Positions 1 to 12,865 of a stretch of DNA of 48,601 bases are shown piece after piece. Position numbers and translations under genes: made by a program. The DNA lies in assembly GCA_018398765.1 (NCBI GenBank), contig JAHBMJ010000411.1, forward strand, positions 1 to 48,601. The letters run 5' to 3'. A model generated the notes under the pieces. The model worked only from the letters and a program-made list of their open reading frames with translations, made no database searches and was not told where the DNA came from. Each line of letters opens with the position of its first letter. The stretch's first letter is position 1. Source of the DNA: Chromera velia (lineage: Eukaryota).

Positions 1-1877
1 GGGGGGGGGGGAGGGGAGAGAAGGAAATAACCGTACCCCCTCGGGCTTAGAAGAAGGAGGAGGAGACGGACATGCAGAGGAGGACGAGGGGGAAGGGGAA
101 GGAGAGGGAGACGCGATAGTTGTGGGAGGAGATGAAGTGGGAGGGGAAGGGGAAGGTGAAGGGGAGGGGGGGCCCTCAGGGTCCCGGCTGCTTCCACAGG
201 CGCCGCCAGGAGAAGGGGGGGGAGGAGGAGGAGGCGAGACAATGAGCAGTCGTCCGTGGGAGGTGCGGGCGCGGCTCTTTGGAACGACTTACGTGATTGT
301 AAGTTTTTGTTTAGAATGCATGGATTGACCTTCGTTCCTTCCTTCCTTTCCTCCTTCCTTTCTTCCCTCCTTCCATCCTTCCTTCCTTCCTTTTTTTCTT
401 TCTTCCTTCCTTCCTTCCTTCCTTCCTATCTTCCTTCTGCTTGGGATGGGGCAAAATGAAACATGTGTTGATCCGATGACACTCTGTTGACCAAGACGCG
501 GTCGGTCCACAAATAGTGATGCTCTGCTCTTTTTTGCAGGAAGGAAGGGCAAGGAAAATTGATTGCATGGGTGTGTAAAAAGGGCTTTCAACATCTCTCT
601 CCGTGTCTCTCTCTTACTTTCTTCTTCTGGGTGCACCCATTTATTTTCTCTTCCTCAGCTGTTCCATGCATGGCATCTCTATTTGGACTTTTAGACTGCA
701 TTCAATATTTCTTCCTTCGCTTTCGGTAAGTTTCTCTTTCCTGCACACACACACACACACACATACATACACATGCGGACAGATGCACATGGGTGGGCGG
801 GTGCGTGCAGAACGACAGCGAGACCCTCTCAGCTACCCGCGTGCCCCGGTGCCCGATCAGCATGGCCTCCTCTCTGGGGTTCTGGAATTCTCCCATTAGG
901 TCGGTCTGGCTCAGATGTTCAGTGATGAAAGACTAAATGAATGAACGAATGAATGAATAAATCTGCTGTGTTGCGTGTCTGCTGTTGTCCGTGGTGTCTG
1001 TTGTTTGCCCTTTTCTCGTTGCCCTGTTGAATTTTCTTGGGCTTATCCGTTTCTCACTCTTCTGTGCTCTCTCTTTTTGCCTCACACTCGAGTCGAGTAA
1101 GCCCTCGATTGATCAATTCCTCGTGCATGCTGCAGGGCTGCTGGTGCCCCTCCCTCTCCCTCTGTGGAGGCAGACTTAAAGGAAGAGAGAGAGAAGGGAT
1201 TCGGACCCGAGCAGTCAGCCAAGGAGTTGCATTTCGTTCGTCCTTCCGAATTCGGCAGAGGGATGGAACCAGAGATTTTGGACCTCCCCGAGCCCTTCGC
1301 CTTGCTGGAGCTGTATGACACAGCAGGCGGCGGCAGCTCGGGGGGAACCTCCGGGTCAGATCTGAGGGGAGGGGGGGAGGGAGGAGACGGGAGAGGCGAC
1401 CTCCCAGGGCATGTCCTCTCTCCGTTCTCTAGGGACAGTGCTGCCGGGGCAGAGCCGGAGGGACAGCCCGGGCAGGGATTGGGGGGCGCTGGGGGGCCTG
1501 CAGCAGCAGCAGCAGATGGGGGAAGTGGAGGGATGGGCATCGGAGGCCGGGCCCAGGCTCAGGGGGCCAGTGTGGCGCCTCCCCGGATGCCCATGCAGGG
1601 AGGGGGGGGGGAACCGACGATGGCCGCTGCGGGGGCCACAACTGAAGAGCAGGCAGGGGCGATGTCGAGCATGGAGGCGAACCGGTCGATGTCCTTCTCT
1701 GCGGGCTGCAGGTGGGTGGCTCTCTCTGGCGGTTTGTCTGTCGATCTCTCTGTCTCTCTGTCGGTCTGTCTATCTCTCTGTCGGTCTGTCTGTCGATCTC
1801 TCTGTTGCACAGTGAGAAGGAAGGAAAGGGGAAGACACAAGTAGTCTTTCACTCTGCTTATCCATACAAACACAAAT

Positions 1878-1916
<39 letters not shown>

Positions 1917-4900
1917 GTGTGTGTGTGTGTGTGTGTGTGTGTTGTTGTCGTATTGGGTCAGCGAGAGAGAAGAAAAGAGCACATCTTTATTTGCCTCTGT
2001 AGCTGTGTGTGTCCCAAGGTATCAGAATGTACTTCTTCGTCTGAGGGTTTCAGAGGGTGGAACGAAGTCCCGATTGCTGTGAGAGGTGTTGAAGATGAAG
2101 GTCTTCTTTTTCTTTTTTTGCCTGCCTGTCTGCCGTTCCACCTGCACTTCTTCTCTCTGACAAGCTTCGCGAAAGATGAGCCTCTGCACGTGTACAGCTT
2201 CTCGCTCGCTTTTTTTGGTTCTGTTCCACCCACAAAATCGCACACAAACACAATGTGCTTCCCCAGACGCACGACTAATTAATTGTCCAACCACTCGATC
2301 TTCCTTCACTGCAGCGGAGACGCTGAGCCCCTCTGCGGTCACTTCTTTCAGAGGTCCACAGGGTCCCTCTCTAGGCCTCATGCTGCCGAGCTGGCCGCGC
2401 GCTTGGGGTCCAAGATCAGACTGCTTGCGTCAATCCGACAGAACGCGATGATGCCAGGCATCGCCCTGCCCCAGCCTCCTGAGGCTAATCAGACGGGGCG
2501 GCCGGGGGCCCGGAGGCCCAGCGTCGTCGGCACCATGCTCGAGCCTCCTCCTCCTCCTCCTCCTGCAGGGGGGGGGGGGGATGCGACCCGACAAGAAGAA
2601 GCGTCTGCATGGAGGGCCTCTCCGGTAGGTCCTCAGCAGATGGGGGCAGCTCAGAGGAGACACACCAACACCCCGGTCGGTCCGCGCATTCCGCCCTCCT
2701 CTCGCTGGGCCGTTTCCACCGAAGGGTCGGGTCCCCTGGTGATTATGATTTTTGCCAGCAGGGGTTCGCCCTGTCTGAACGCCCCTGTCATCATAGCAGC
2801 GGCCCGACGCGCCGCGAGTGGTCGTCGGGGCGCGCTGCATCCCGTAGTGTCCCGTCTGATGGGACTGAGAGGCCCCCCCACAGTGCGTGTGGGCCCCCTT
2901 CTGTGGGCTGTGAAGGGAACGCCTGAAGCGTCGGCAAGCAGGGGGGGGGGTCAGCGTCGAGCGGGTGGGGAGGAGAGGGGAGAGACGGGTGGAGATAGAC
3001 AAGAGAGAAGTAACCAGGCACGGCCAAGCTCCTCCATGCAGAGGGCAGACGGTGTGCCTCCCCCGCCGCCTTCCGGTCCCTCTGCTGGTGTTGCAGTGGC
3101 ATCTGTTGATTCCCGAGAGGGCAGCAGACGTCCGTCGTCCTCGGGGGGAGACGGGGGAGGGGGGGGTCGGAGGGGGGATAACCACCGTCAGAGATTTCAG
3201 ACCCAGAGGTTCCGAGAGAACTTCTCCTTTGCCCCAATTGACGACAGTTTATCTCCCCGTCCCAGAAGACGAAGAAGAAGGAGAGGCTCAGGAGAGGAGG
3301 AGGACGAAGAGGAAGAGGATGGAGGAGCAGAAAATTCAGCAGAGTCTCCCAGTATGGGACGAAGAGGAAGAGGAGGACCAACACCGCACTCACCGACTCA
3401 CATGGCCGACCCATCACCAGACAACCGCAATCCCCCGACTGGAGCACAAGACCCTCCTGATCTGATGAATTTGCCAGCAGATGTGCAATTTGAAGAGCAG
3501 CCCACCTCTGCACCGCCGATGCTTGAAGGTCCAGAGACGGACCCGGTTTCTTCTCAAGCAGGGCCTGTTCCCTTGCCCGCAGGTGGTGCGAATGATCGCT
3601 TTCTCTCTGCAACGTCGGAGGCGCCGGTGCCCCCCCCTCCGCCTCCCCAGACGGCGTCTGCAGCAGGACAGTCTGAGAATGTTCTTCCCTCTCTGCCTGC
3701 GGTGTGGCCTTCTGACGAGGCGCTCCAACGAGAGGTTGCACAGGACTTGGAAGAGGACATGGATGCGGAGGAGGAGGGCGGGGGGTTTGGTGATCTCCCG
3801 TCGTCTGCAGTTTTGTTTGATGACGGGGAGATGGCAGAGGGAGACAGGGCCCCCCTCCCCCCTTCTTTGATGGTTTCTCCTAACGAGGGGGCGGGGGGGG
3901 GGACGAGCGGACCCCGGCCCGCATGGCCCTCCGCCGGGAGGAGAGACAGCGACGACCCGGTGCCCTCCCCTCCCCAAGACGTGGGGGGTGCCGGGGCCCT
4001 TCCGCCCGTGCCCCCTGCGGAGACAATGCAGCTGCCCTCAGGAGTTGAGGCAGAGGGCCAAACCCTCGGGAGAAGGGAATCCGCAACAGGAGAAGCAGGA
4101 GAAAATGAGGGGGGGGAGGGGAAGCGGGGGGAAGGGCCTCCAGAGGTCCGGCGGCTGTGGCAGGAACTGAAGCCCTGGGAGTGGGGGGAAAAGAGCAACC
4201 ACCGAACTTTCTTCACGGTCATTCTGGGAGAACTCAGGTCAGACGTGCAGTCATTTAGACACACGGACGGACGGACGGACGGACGGTCGAAGGGAAAAAA
4301 AGAAAAGAAACTTGGTCTTTGTCGGTGCAGAGTGCTCATTCCTTCTTGATTATTTCTCCTCTCTCTTTCCAACCAGGCGCCTCTAGTTTCCTCTCTCTAG
4401 CGAAGCAAGCAATGGCTTCTCTATTTTCCTCCAAACTCTCTCTTTCTCTCTCTCTCACACACAAACACGAACGCACTCTTTCTGTGTGTCTGTGTGAGTG
4501 TCGTGGGTGTGCGTGTGCGTGTGCAGTTGACCTTTTATCCTTTTGGTGCACATTCTTGTAGACGTGTCAAATATGCAGATGTGTGTTCGCCTCCGGCCGT
4601 ACGTGCAGAGCGAAGCCCGACGCCCCCCCTGCCCAGAGACGAAGCCTGAGTCACTGTGTGTCCGGACTGAAGAGGACTGAAACCTTCAGACTGCGCATTG
4701 CTGAGGGGTGGATACTCAGGTCAGTCGGTCAGGGAGTTTGATGACCTTCTTTATTTTTCCTTTGCTTTCGTTCCATCAGTGCCCATGTTTCTGTCCTCTT
4801 TCTGCGCCTCTCTCTCTTGTCTCTCTCTCTCGGGGGCCATTTTCGCACTCCGTTCACTCTCACACTCATCACACTCACACTCACTGCTTTTCTTCTCCCT

Positions 4901-5422
4901 CTATTCCCCAGCCCCCCCCCCGACGTGGCCGAGCTGAACGCCCATGAGGCTCTGCCATCCGCCAACGCGATCGACACAGAGAGGTCGGCATCGGCACAGC
5001 CGCACCAGCACCAGGCAGGAGGAGGGAACGACGCCGCTCCCCTGCCGAACGTCATTGGGAGGTCTGCGGAGGGACCGGGAATCGAAGGAGACGATGCTGC
5101 GCTCCTGGAAGGATATAGGGGTGATGGGCGGGCGGCCTCTCAGTCACCCCTGGCACAACCACTCCAGGGAGGGGGGAGACTGGCGGAGCTGGTTGGGGAC
5201 GCTCGACGTGCCTCCGGACAAGGAGAAGCGTCGGGGGTCAAGTTGAACGGCCGCACCTTGCCAGGGGGGCAGCAGAGCAGTGAGGGGAGGCGGCAGTTGA
5301 TTGAAGACGGTGCTCGGAGTGTATGTGCGAGAGGTTCCGATTTTTGGAATTTCTCGGGGGAGTACGCAGAGACAGAGTGGCTGGAAGTTCGCTTCTTCAT
5401 CAACCATTTTGGCAGGCGCTGA
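1..5422 (+). CDS. Multi-exon hypothetical low-complexity (Gly/Pro/Glu-rich) protein, 5' end outside window
   Basis: Phase-compatible GT-AG exon chain read by hand: <1-298 (donor GTAAGT), 811-899 (GTCGGT), 1136-1711 (GTGGGT), 2315-4237 (GTCAGA), 4579-4719 (GTCAGT), 4912-5422 (stop TGA). Incorporates ORFs 1164-1844, 2283-4349 and 4817-5422. No domain recognised. Confidence 0.65.
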
Positions 5423-6273
5423 GCAAGCAACGTACTAAACAGCCTAGTAAAAAGCTTATTGAAAATTACAGAAAAAACATGTATTAAATTTCATGTGACA
5501 GTCAATTACAGCTTGAATCACAGTTTGTATACTATTGAGTAAGAAGCTAAATATAATGGGAGATCATAGCTTTTATAACATAAATAAATTTATAGATTCT
5601 ATGTATATGGGTATAATTATTGTATCGATATCGTTTGGCGTCCAGAAAAGGCTGCACATCATATCGTCCATATTTTTTATGTTTGATTTTAAACCGTTCT
5701 GCCTCAATTCAGATTCAGACTTATGATTATCTAGAAGATTTCGTTGTCACGACGCTATGTTTGGGGTGGAAGCCTGACAAGATTATCGAGCTATTTCTAG
5801 CAGTTGTATTACATGCATTTCCATAACATTTCTTTTACCATTTTTTCACAAGTTGAAAGAGCAGTTCTTCAAAGTTTATATAAGAGACCTTTGACTCTTT
5901 AAAAAAATGATTGGGGGCAATGGAGAGATCTTTTGGCACTTTTACTATGCATCATTAGCCGATACTAGTATGTTTTATGGAAGCGTACAAAAGCGTACGA
6001 ATTATAAAAATTTAGACCTCACCTCATTTTTCTATTCTAATAAAAAATCGATGAAACTAAACATAACAAAAGTTACATATATCTCAAATTCTACTAATTC
6101 CTTACTCATTTTTAAAGAGCTTTAAACCTCCAATCTAGCCTCCCACTAAAAGAACCTGAGACGAAGGCCAATTAACTTCTACTGCAAATGGCTTTCAACT
6201 TTAATAACACCAAAAATATCCAAAAATTGAAGCTAAGCGCGAAGCTTTGAGCAAATTCTGAATTACTTCTGAT

Positions 6274-9200
6274 CTAGAACTCCATGTTGCTGAGGCCAAT
6301 AGGCAGCGATAAGAAGAGCGCCGTGACCTCCTGGTTACTACTCACCCCGCAAACTGCAGGCAAAAGACCGGGTGAAAGTTTCCATCGCAAAGAAGCAAAT
6401 GAAATCCAGCTGTAATATGTACGTCAGTCGTTTTGACGAAGAGCTGAGGAATCGTGAGAACCTCAGAAACGCGCAGTCGCACCCACAGACTCGCATGTTA
6501 TCATTTCTCGATGGCACAGACAGGAAGGAAGGGGGGCATACGTACAAACGCGAAGCAGCTTTCACCCGCTTATCATGCAACACGCCATACACACACCTCT
6601 GCCTGAGTAAACAAAATCCCAACCACCCACCGCCTTGTCGCGCTTCAAGGCACTCGCGCCACTAGTTGCATGGGTGTACAAAGGGATGCACGAGGGGATG
6701 CACGCATGAAGGTGCGCCATCTCATGTGCCCCGGCGTAGCCAAAATTTGCCCCTATTCAATTTGAATCCAGCCATGCACAGCCATACAGCCGGCATGCCT
6801 TCCAGACTTCATTCTCAAAAAAAGACAAAGTCTTCTCACATTTGCTCCTCTCTTGCACGCCTCGATCATGCGCTGCCAGATCTCCCCAGGGACAGACCAA
6901 CCATCCAAAACAAAATATTATTCAAAAACGCACAGACAAAACTGACAACTCAGGTCCAGCCTCTTCAGCCCTTCGAGGCTCTTCAGACGCGCCCCCAGAG
7001 CCTCCCACCCGGCAAAGCTGATCTCGCCGTTCCCTGCACACCGACTCATCCATGCATGGATGATACCAGACATATCCTGACGTCGACTTGCGTACACAAG
7101 AACACACGCACGCAGGCAAAGGCTTCCCCTACCTGCATCTTCCATTCACCCAAGTGGACCTTCAGATCGAGGCTGATCGACATGCATGCAGACGTACAGT
7201 GTGACAGAAGGAGAAGAAGAACATGAACGCTGAGGTGTCGTCGTGTCGAGTCGATCTCTGGATCCGGCCGTCGGAAAAACGGACCGTTCAATTTCAGTCT
7301 GCCTCCCCACTATGTGCATGCATGCACCTAAGCACCTCCTTTTCCTCCTGCACTCCCCATGCAACCTCATCTAGTCACAAGCACAGAGAGAAGCTCAAGC
7401 CCTCAACAATTTCCAATTTCCGAGAGAAAAAAGAAGGCTGTCCGCTACTGACAGCAGAGTACTAGTTCCTCGAGGCCGCGTGGAAGCGATGGGAAGAGCT
7501 GCAAAACCCTCTGGTCATTGAGGCCGCACCCTGCAGTCAGAAAGCTTCAAGCCGTGATAGAAGCCTTGCAAGACTTGCCTTCCCACTCACTCAACAGAAC
7601 GCAGAGCAAAAGCAAAATAACTTAACGATCCATCATATTTTGCCCCATGCATCCCCCGCTGAGCCCCTCTTCCCTCCTCAAGGACAAAACAAATAAATCG
7701 AAGATTCAGAAAACTAATTGCACAGCCAGCGTCCCGACGACCGGACGTACTTTCCATGATCCTGAAATCACATTCGCTTCTCTCTTGCACCCCTCGATCA
7801 TGCACCCCCAAGGACACGCAGACAGACCGACCATCCATCCAAAACGATACATTCGCAAACGCACAGACAGAACTGACCACCCAGGTTCAGCCTCTTCAGC
7901 CCCGCGAGGCTCTTCAGACGCGCCCCCAGAGCCTCCCACCCGACAGGGCTGATCGCGGCGTTGACTGCACACCGACTCATCCATGAATGAGACCTGACAT
8001 ACTCTGACGCAGACTTGCATACAGAAGCACGCACGAACGCACGAACGCAGGCAAAGACTTCCCCTACCTGCATCTTCCATTCACCCAAGTGGGTCTTCAG
8101 ATCGAGGCTGATCGACATGCAGACGTACAGTGTGACAGAAGGAGAAGAACAAACGTGAACGCTGAGATGTCGAATCGATCTCTGGGTCCGGCCGTCGGAA
8201 AGACGGACCGTTAAATTTCAGTCTGCCCCCCCCCCCCACTACGTGCATGCGTGCACCTACACAGCCCCTCTTCCACCTGCACTCCCCATCCATTCTTATC
8301 TGGTCATAAACACAGAGAGAAGCTCAAGCCCTAAACAATTTCCAATTTCCAGAAAAACGAAGGCTGCTCCCTACTGACCGTCAAGCTTCAGATCCTCGAG
8401 GCCGCGTGGAAGCGCTGGGAACAGCTGCAGAACCTTCTCCTCATTGAGGCCGCAGTCTGCAAGCAATGAGGCCACGAAACTGCTAAGGTTACGCATGAAA
8501 TGCATGGAGAGTTGAAGACTTAAGGATAAGTTGGTCTAGTTAGCGTCTTCTGTTTTGCCTGGGCAAGTCATCCGACGTGCATTTGCATGTGTGCATGGTG
8601 CTGCGGCATGACAATCAAGATAGGACTGCTCGTGAGCTCGAAGGAGTTGTCTCTCTCTTTTTCATTCTCAAATCAATATGTGAGCAACCAGCAAAGCACA
8701 GAAAAAGCTCGAAGGAGTTGTCTCTCTCTTTTTCATTCTCAAATCAATATGTGAGCAACCAGCAAAGCACAGAAAAAGTCCGAAGGAGTTTGCGGCCTCG
8801 TTCGTCAATACAAGCAGACCTCTCCGCCACGAGATCGACCAGCGGGTTCAGCTTCTCCTCAAACGAGGGTGGGCATGTACCCGTCGTATGATACAGCAAC
8901 AGAACAGATAAGGTGCTTTCCGCACTCTAGCAAATGTACGTGGGGTCATGTAGTCCAACGGACGCATTCTCCAAGTCTATGTATATGTGGAAGAAGCCGT
9001 CACTGCCGAACGAAGTCCCCCTATATTCCTTGCTCAATCAATTTCATTCGTTCCGTCAATCGATCAGTGTCAAACAAAAAACTCACCTACCATCCAACCA
9101 AAACTCCATTCAACCCACCAACCAACCATACAATCCAGCCAGCAAACTCAAACAATCAGCCAAAGAGTAAACAATCAAAGCGGTCAACTGATCACCTACA

Positions 9201-11890
9201 TTGCCACCCACAGACCCATGCAGCCAAAAAGCAAACCGACCCTGAAGCCAGAGACTCCTCAATGAGGCAACATGGGCCTCTGTCCCATTCTGCCCCGAAT
9301 CTCCGAGACTGCCCAAAAAATGGCTGATAACATCTCCAAATCGGATGAAGGATCTCCGGCCTGAGTGAATGCAAAAGACAATCAGTACAAACAGAGGCCA
9401 AGCACGCATGCTCAAGAAGGAAAGACGGGTTATCAAAGCAATCGGCGCGGTGAACCAGAGAGCGACCGCGACCCAACATTGCTTCGGAATTAAGTCAGAT
9501 TGCTAGCGACTGCCAGAGATCGACAGAATACACAATTGAAAGTTGAATATGACAATCAAAAGGATGGCAGATCAAAATTAAATGGGAGGGACAATAACCT
9601 CCTCAGCAGGAGAACCTTGGGAGACCAGCTGCTGCATGTTAAAAAATAAGGGAGATCGAGTGGCGCTGGGCACAGGAGGGAAGGCAGGAAAATGCATCAA
9701 GGAGGGGATTCGTCACAGCACCAAAGAGGTCTACGTTGTGCGTTGGGGCAAAGTACATAAAATTTCATCACTCTTGCACCCAGTTTGCAGATATTCTTTT
9801 TCACCTAGGTGATTGTTGTTGCATTGCCGCAACGACTAACCCAACTTGAGTTCCTCCGTCGACTTCGGTAGAGTCGCGAGGAGAAGGCGGAGCTTCCCCG
9901 GAGAAATGTGTGTGTCTGCAAGACAACCAAGCAACAAGCTTTGGGTACATGCTCTTCATGCAAATGTGTATGGAAAGGTGCATGCTGAGACCTCTTCAAG
10001 CTCAGCCGTTTAGGTTTCCAAGGCCCTCCGCTCCCCTCCCACATGATTGTGATAGCACTTGCATGCACCTGCCCTCTTTTTCACAAAGTCAGAGTCATTC
10101 TCTGGCCTTAATTCCCGCAGGGTCGACAAATTAGCACACGATCGAGAATATCGGATAGTTTGTAAGCAATCTATTTTGGAAAGTGGCAAGTCAGGCAGGC
10201 AGGGAGAGTTTGCGGATCAGGAGCAGCGCTTGCGATTTTATGTGAGGAGGGTGGTTGGGGGTCATGCAGGCGTATGCATGCAAGAGGCACTCACCTGTGA
10301 GGTCCAGACTCTTGAACAGGGCACGGATCTTCTTCTGAAAGGTTGTTGCAGACAGAGAAGAGAAGAGAAGAGAAGAGAAGAAAGGAGCTGTCAACCATTG
10401 AAACACAGAATAAAGTGCCATTCATGTACGCTCTTCTTACACCTTGCAAGTCGGTACTCTGCATAAAAAATCATCATAAAAAAAAACAGACATCCTTCTA
10501 CCACGGCCTCCACCTACACATTCATGCAGCGTGCTCACTACGACTGCACGAAAAAAAGGTCAAAGAGACAGGAGAAACAAACATCCGGGACGCCCTGCAA
10601 GCTATCTTTCAATCAAATCCAAAGACAATTCTCGCGGACCTTCTGCATGTAGTGAAGCATCAGCCACGCCACGCCGTACGAGTCCTTTCTTTGGGCGAGC
10701 TCCGAGACGTCCTGCGGGAAAGATAGTGTACAGGAAGAAGGGTAGTGAATGTAACCCAATGCCCCCCCCTCAGTGAGAATGTGAGGGAATCGAAGAGAAG
10801 AGGGATCTCAACAGTCTGGATGAAGCTGCATAATTTTACACAATAGACCGGAGAGAAGAAAACAGAATGCTGCTATGAGAAAAACGACGGGAATGAAATG
10901 GACACTTATCATGCATCATTTTGGAAGTCAGTAGTTGTTGCGAAGGAAAAGTAACTGACCGTAGAGACGGTGGAGTTCATGTCGTTCTTCAGAAGGCGAA
11001 GCAGTGCAGCGCCCCAATTCTTGGGGGGATCAGAGGTGTCCTGCGAGAAGGTCCGCGTGCAGAGAGGGAATTAATAAGAAGAGACGAAAAGCACATGGCC
11101 GGTCTGAAGAAGCAGAACAAGAAAAACTTCAGGGCTGTCAATCAAAACTGGAGCGGACAGGGGTTGACTGCCTTCAAGTTGCGTGTGTCCGTCTTTGCCT
11201 GGAAGCAAAAAAGGACGACACCACTTTATCACGGCCTGTGCTGACTGTGGCCAAAATTGGCGCTCCCGTTTCTACGGCGAAGCGAAGAAAGCTAGACGAG
11301 CAAAAACGAACGAAAACGGTGGTACACGCGGGAAAAAGGGGGAGGCAAAACCATTGATTCTGTACATGAATGCAAGCGGATAAGTCCCAGAATACCTTCC
11401 GCTGCAGACAAAAAACACGTCACTCTCTTTCCCTTTCTCGTCCCTTCGTGTGCATGCAGACAGATGTTCGTGCCAATCGGTATACCTCGCGTGTTTCTTC
11501 TTTCTCCCTCACCTCTGTCTCTGCTCCATGGCTCGCCAACGCCCCTGCCGCGTTCTCTTTCACGCCATCGGAAGTGTGGGACGTCAGCTGGGCGACTGAC
11601 GCCTCCATTGCTGAAACCTGAGGGATATGTACGGAAAGGACGATATATACACAGCGCGGGTTCTGAACAAGGCAAGTTGAGCACGCGTTTGCGGCGCGAC
11701 GACAGAAAAACGCAAAACACCGGATGGGGGGCTTCTCAGTGCACTCACAGTGGCCACCAGAAAAGTCACATGCATGCAAATACACTCATTCACTCTACAA
11801 TCTCATGGAGAAAAAAGGTCTGACGAGGCATGCAGGAGGAAAATACTGCATGGCACGACTCTCTTCATCTAAATTCAAAGCGAGCCCGTC

Positions 11891-11982
<92 letters not shown>

Positions 11983-12016
11983 CCTTATTGTGTTGGGGTG
12001 TGGTGCTTTTCGACAT
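6274..12016 (-). CDS. Leucine-rich repeat protein (RI-like LRRs), one repeat per exon at the C-terminus
   Basis: Minus-strand exons: 9308-9241 (..ASLRSLWLQ), 8456-8379 (DCGLNEEKVLQLFPALPRGLEDLKLD), 7964-7878 (VNAAISPVGWEALGARLKSLAGLKRLNLG), 7530-7453 (GCGLNDQRVLQLFPSLPRGLEELVLC), 7033-6947 (WNGEISFAGWEALGARLKSLEGLKRLDLS), 6353-6274 (FCGVSSNQEVTALFLSLPIGLSNMEF*). All are joined by phase-1 GT..CAG introns. Further open exons near 9600, 9810-9915, 10300-10350, 10640-10710, 10960-11040, 11095-11200, 11490-11617. The first exon MSKSTTPQHNK|GTATAT at 12016 is tentative. Confidence 0.75.
6837..8460. repeat. Tandem duplication of a ~930-bp two-exon/two-intron LRR unit
   Basis: 6837-7540 and 7769-8460 align through exons and introns (e.g. 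CTTCCCCTACCTGCATCTTCCATTCACCCAAGTGG occurs in both). Exon offsets are 931 and 926 bp. Confidence 0.9.
8636..8790. repeat. 71-bp tandem duplication inside an LRR-gene intron
   Basis: The unit GCTCGAAGGAGTTGTCTCTCTC...CACAGAAAAA starts at 8636 and 8707, with a partial third copy at 8778. Confidence 0.9.
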
Positions 12017-12185
12017 CCTCTTTTATAAGAACCCGGAAACGACCTGCACGAAGAGAGAGGACCGGAGAGGCCGTGAGACAGAAAAGCGCAGAGCGAAAAA
12101 TACACTCAGATGTCTCAACTTAGTGAAGAGAGATTGAGAAATCTGGGCAACACATGCAAGCAGGATGCCCTATTTGTATGTTATA

Positions 12186-12217
<32 letters not shown>

Positions 12218-12780
12218 AAGGTTGTTCTCTCTCTCTCTCTCTCCCTCCCTCCCTCCCTCTCTCTCTGTCTGTCCGTCTCTCTGTCTCTCTCTCTCTCTAT
12301 AGATACATATTGATATTTCCTGAGGGAGAACACAAGAAAACCCATATTCATGCACCATAATATACTTTTATAGCAAGCTGAAAACGAGAGAGGCCGGGAA
12401 TGTTTCAAAGCAATCAGCAGAAGCGACTGACAATGAAGAGTTTCCTGTGCAACGATTCATGTAGAGCTGTGGATCTGTGCAGAACCCAAAATACAAACAG
12501 AGCTTCGAAACGTATGTAAGCTTGTTTGCAGCAATGAACGCGCAACCAACCTATACGTGTATTTCATGAGCAAACCAGCAAATTCTCATTTCACTGAGCC
12601 TCTGTTATGCCCCTCATACGCTCAGTCACGAGCTTTGACATACTTAATTGCTAAAGCCTGTGCCTCCCTGCTGACAGTACGTGTTTTTTTGATGCATTTC
12701 AGCGCTGTTACTGAGCTGTACTGAGCTGTGTCATAGCCTAGCTGTATATAGTGAGTCAATGATGTCGGGTGCCTGACCTT

Positions 12781-12865
12781 CGCGCATGCATGCGCATGCA
12801 GACCCCGGCCGCGGACCCCGCAAATGCCGCATGCAGGGCCCGGCCGGCGCTGGCTCCAATTAAGG
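12781..12865 (+). promoter_or_regulatory. Putative RPS25 promoter with clustered YGCATGCR motifs
   Basis: CGCATGCATGCGCATGCA (12783-12800), CGCATGCA (12828-12835), CGCGGACC, GGGCCCGGCC and AATTAAGG lie 130-215 bp upstream of the ATG. YGCATGCR matches the TRP-2 element of Toxoplasma ribosomal-protein promoters. Confidence 0.55.
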
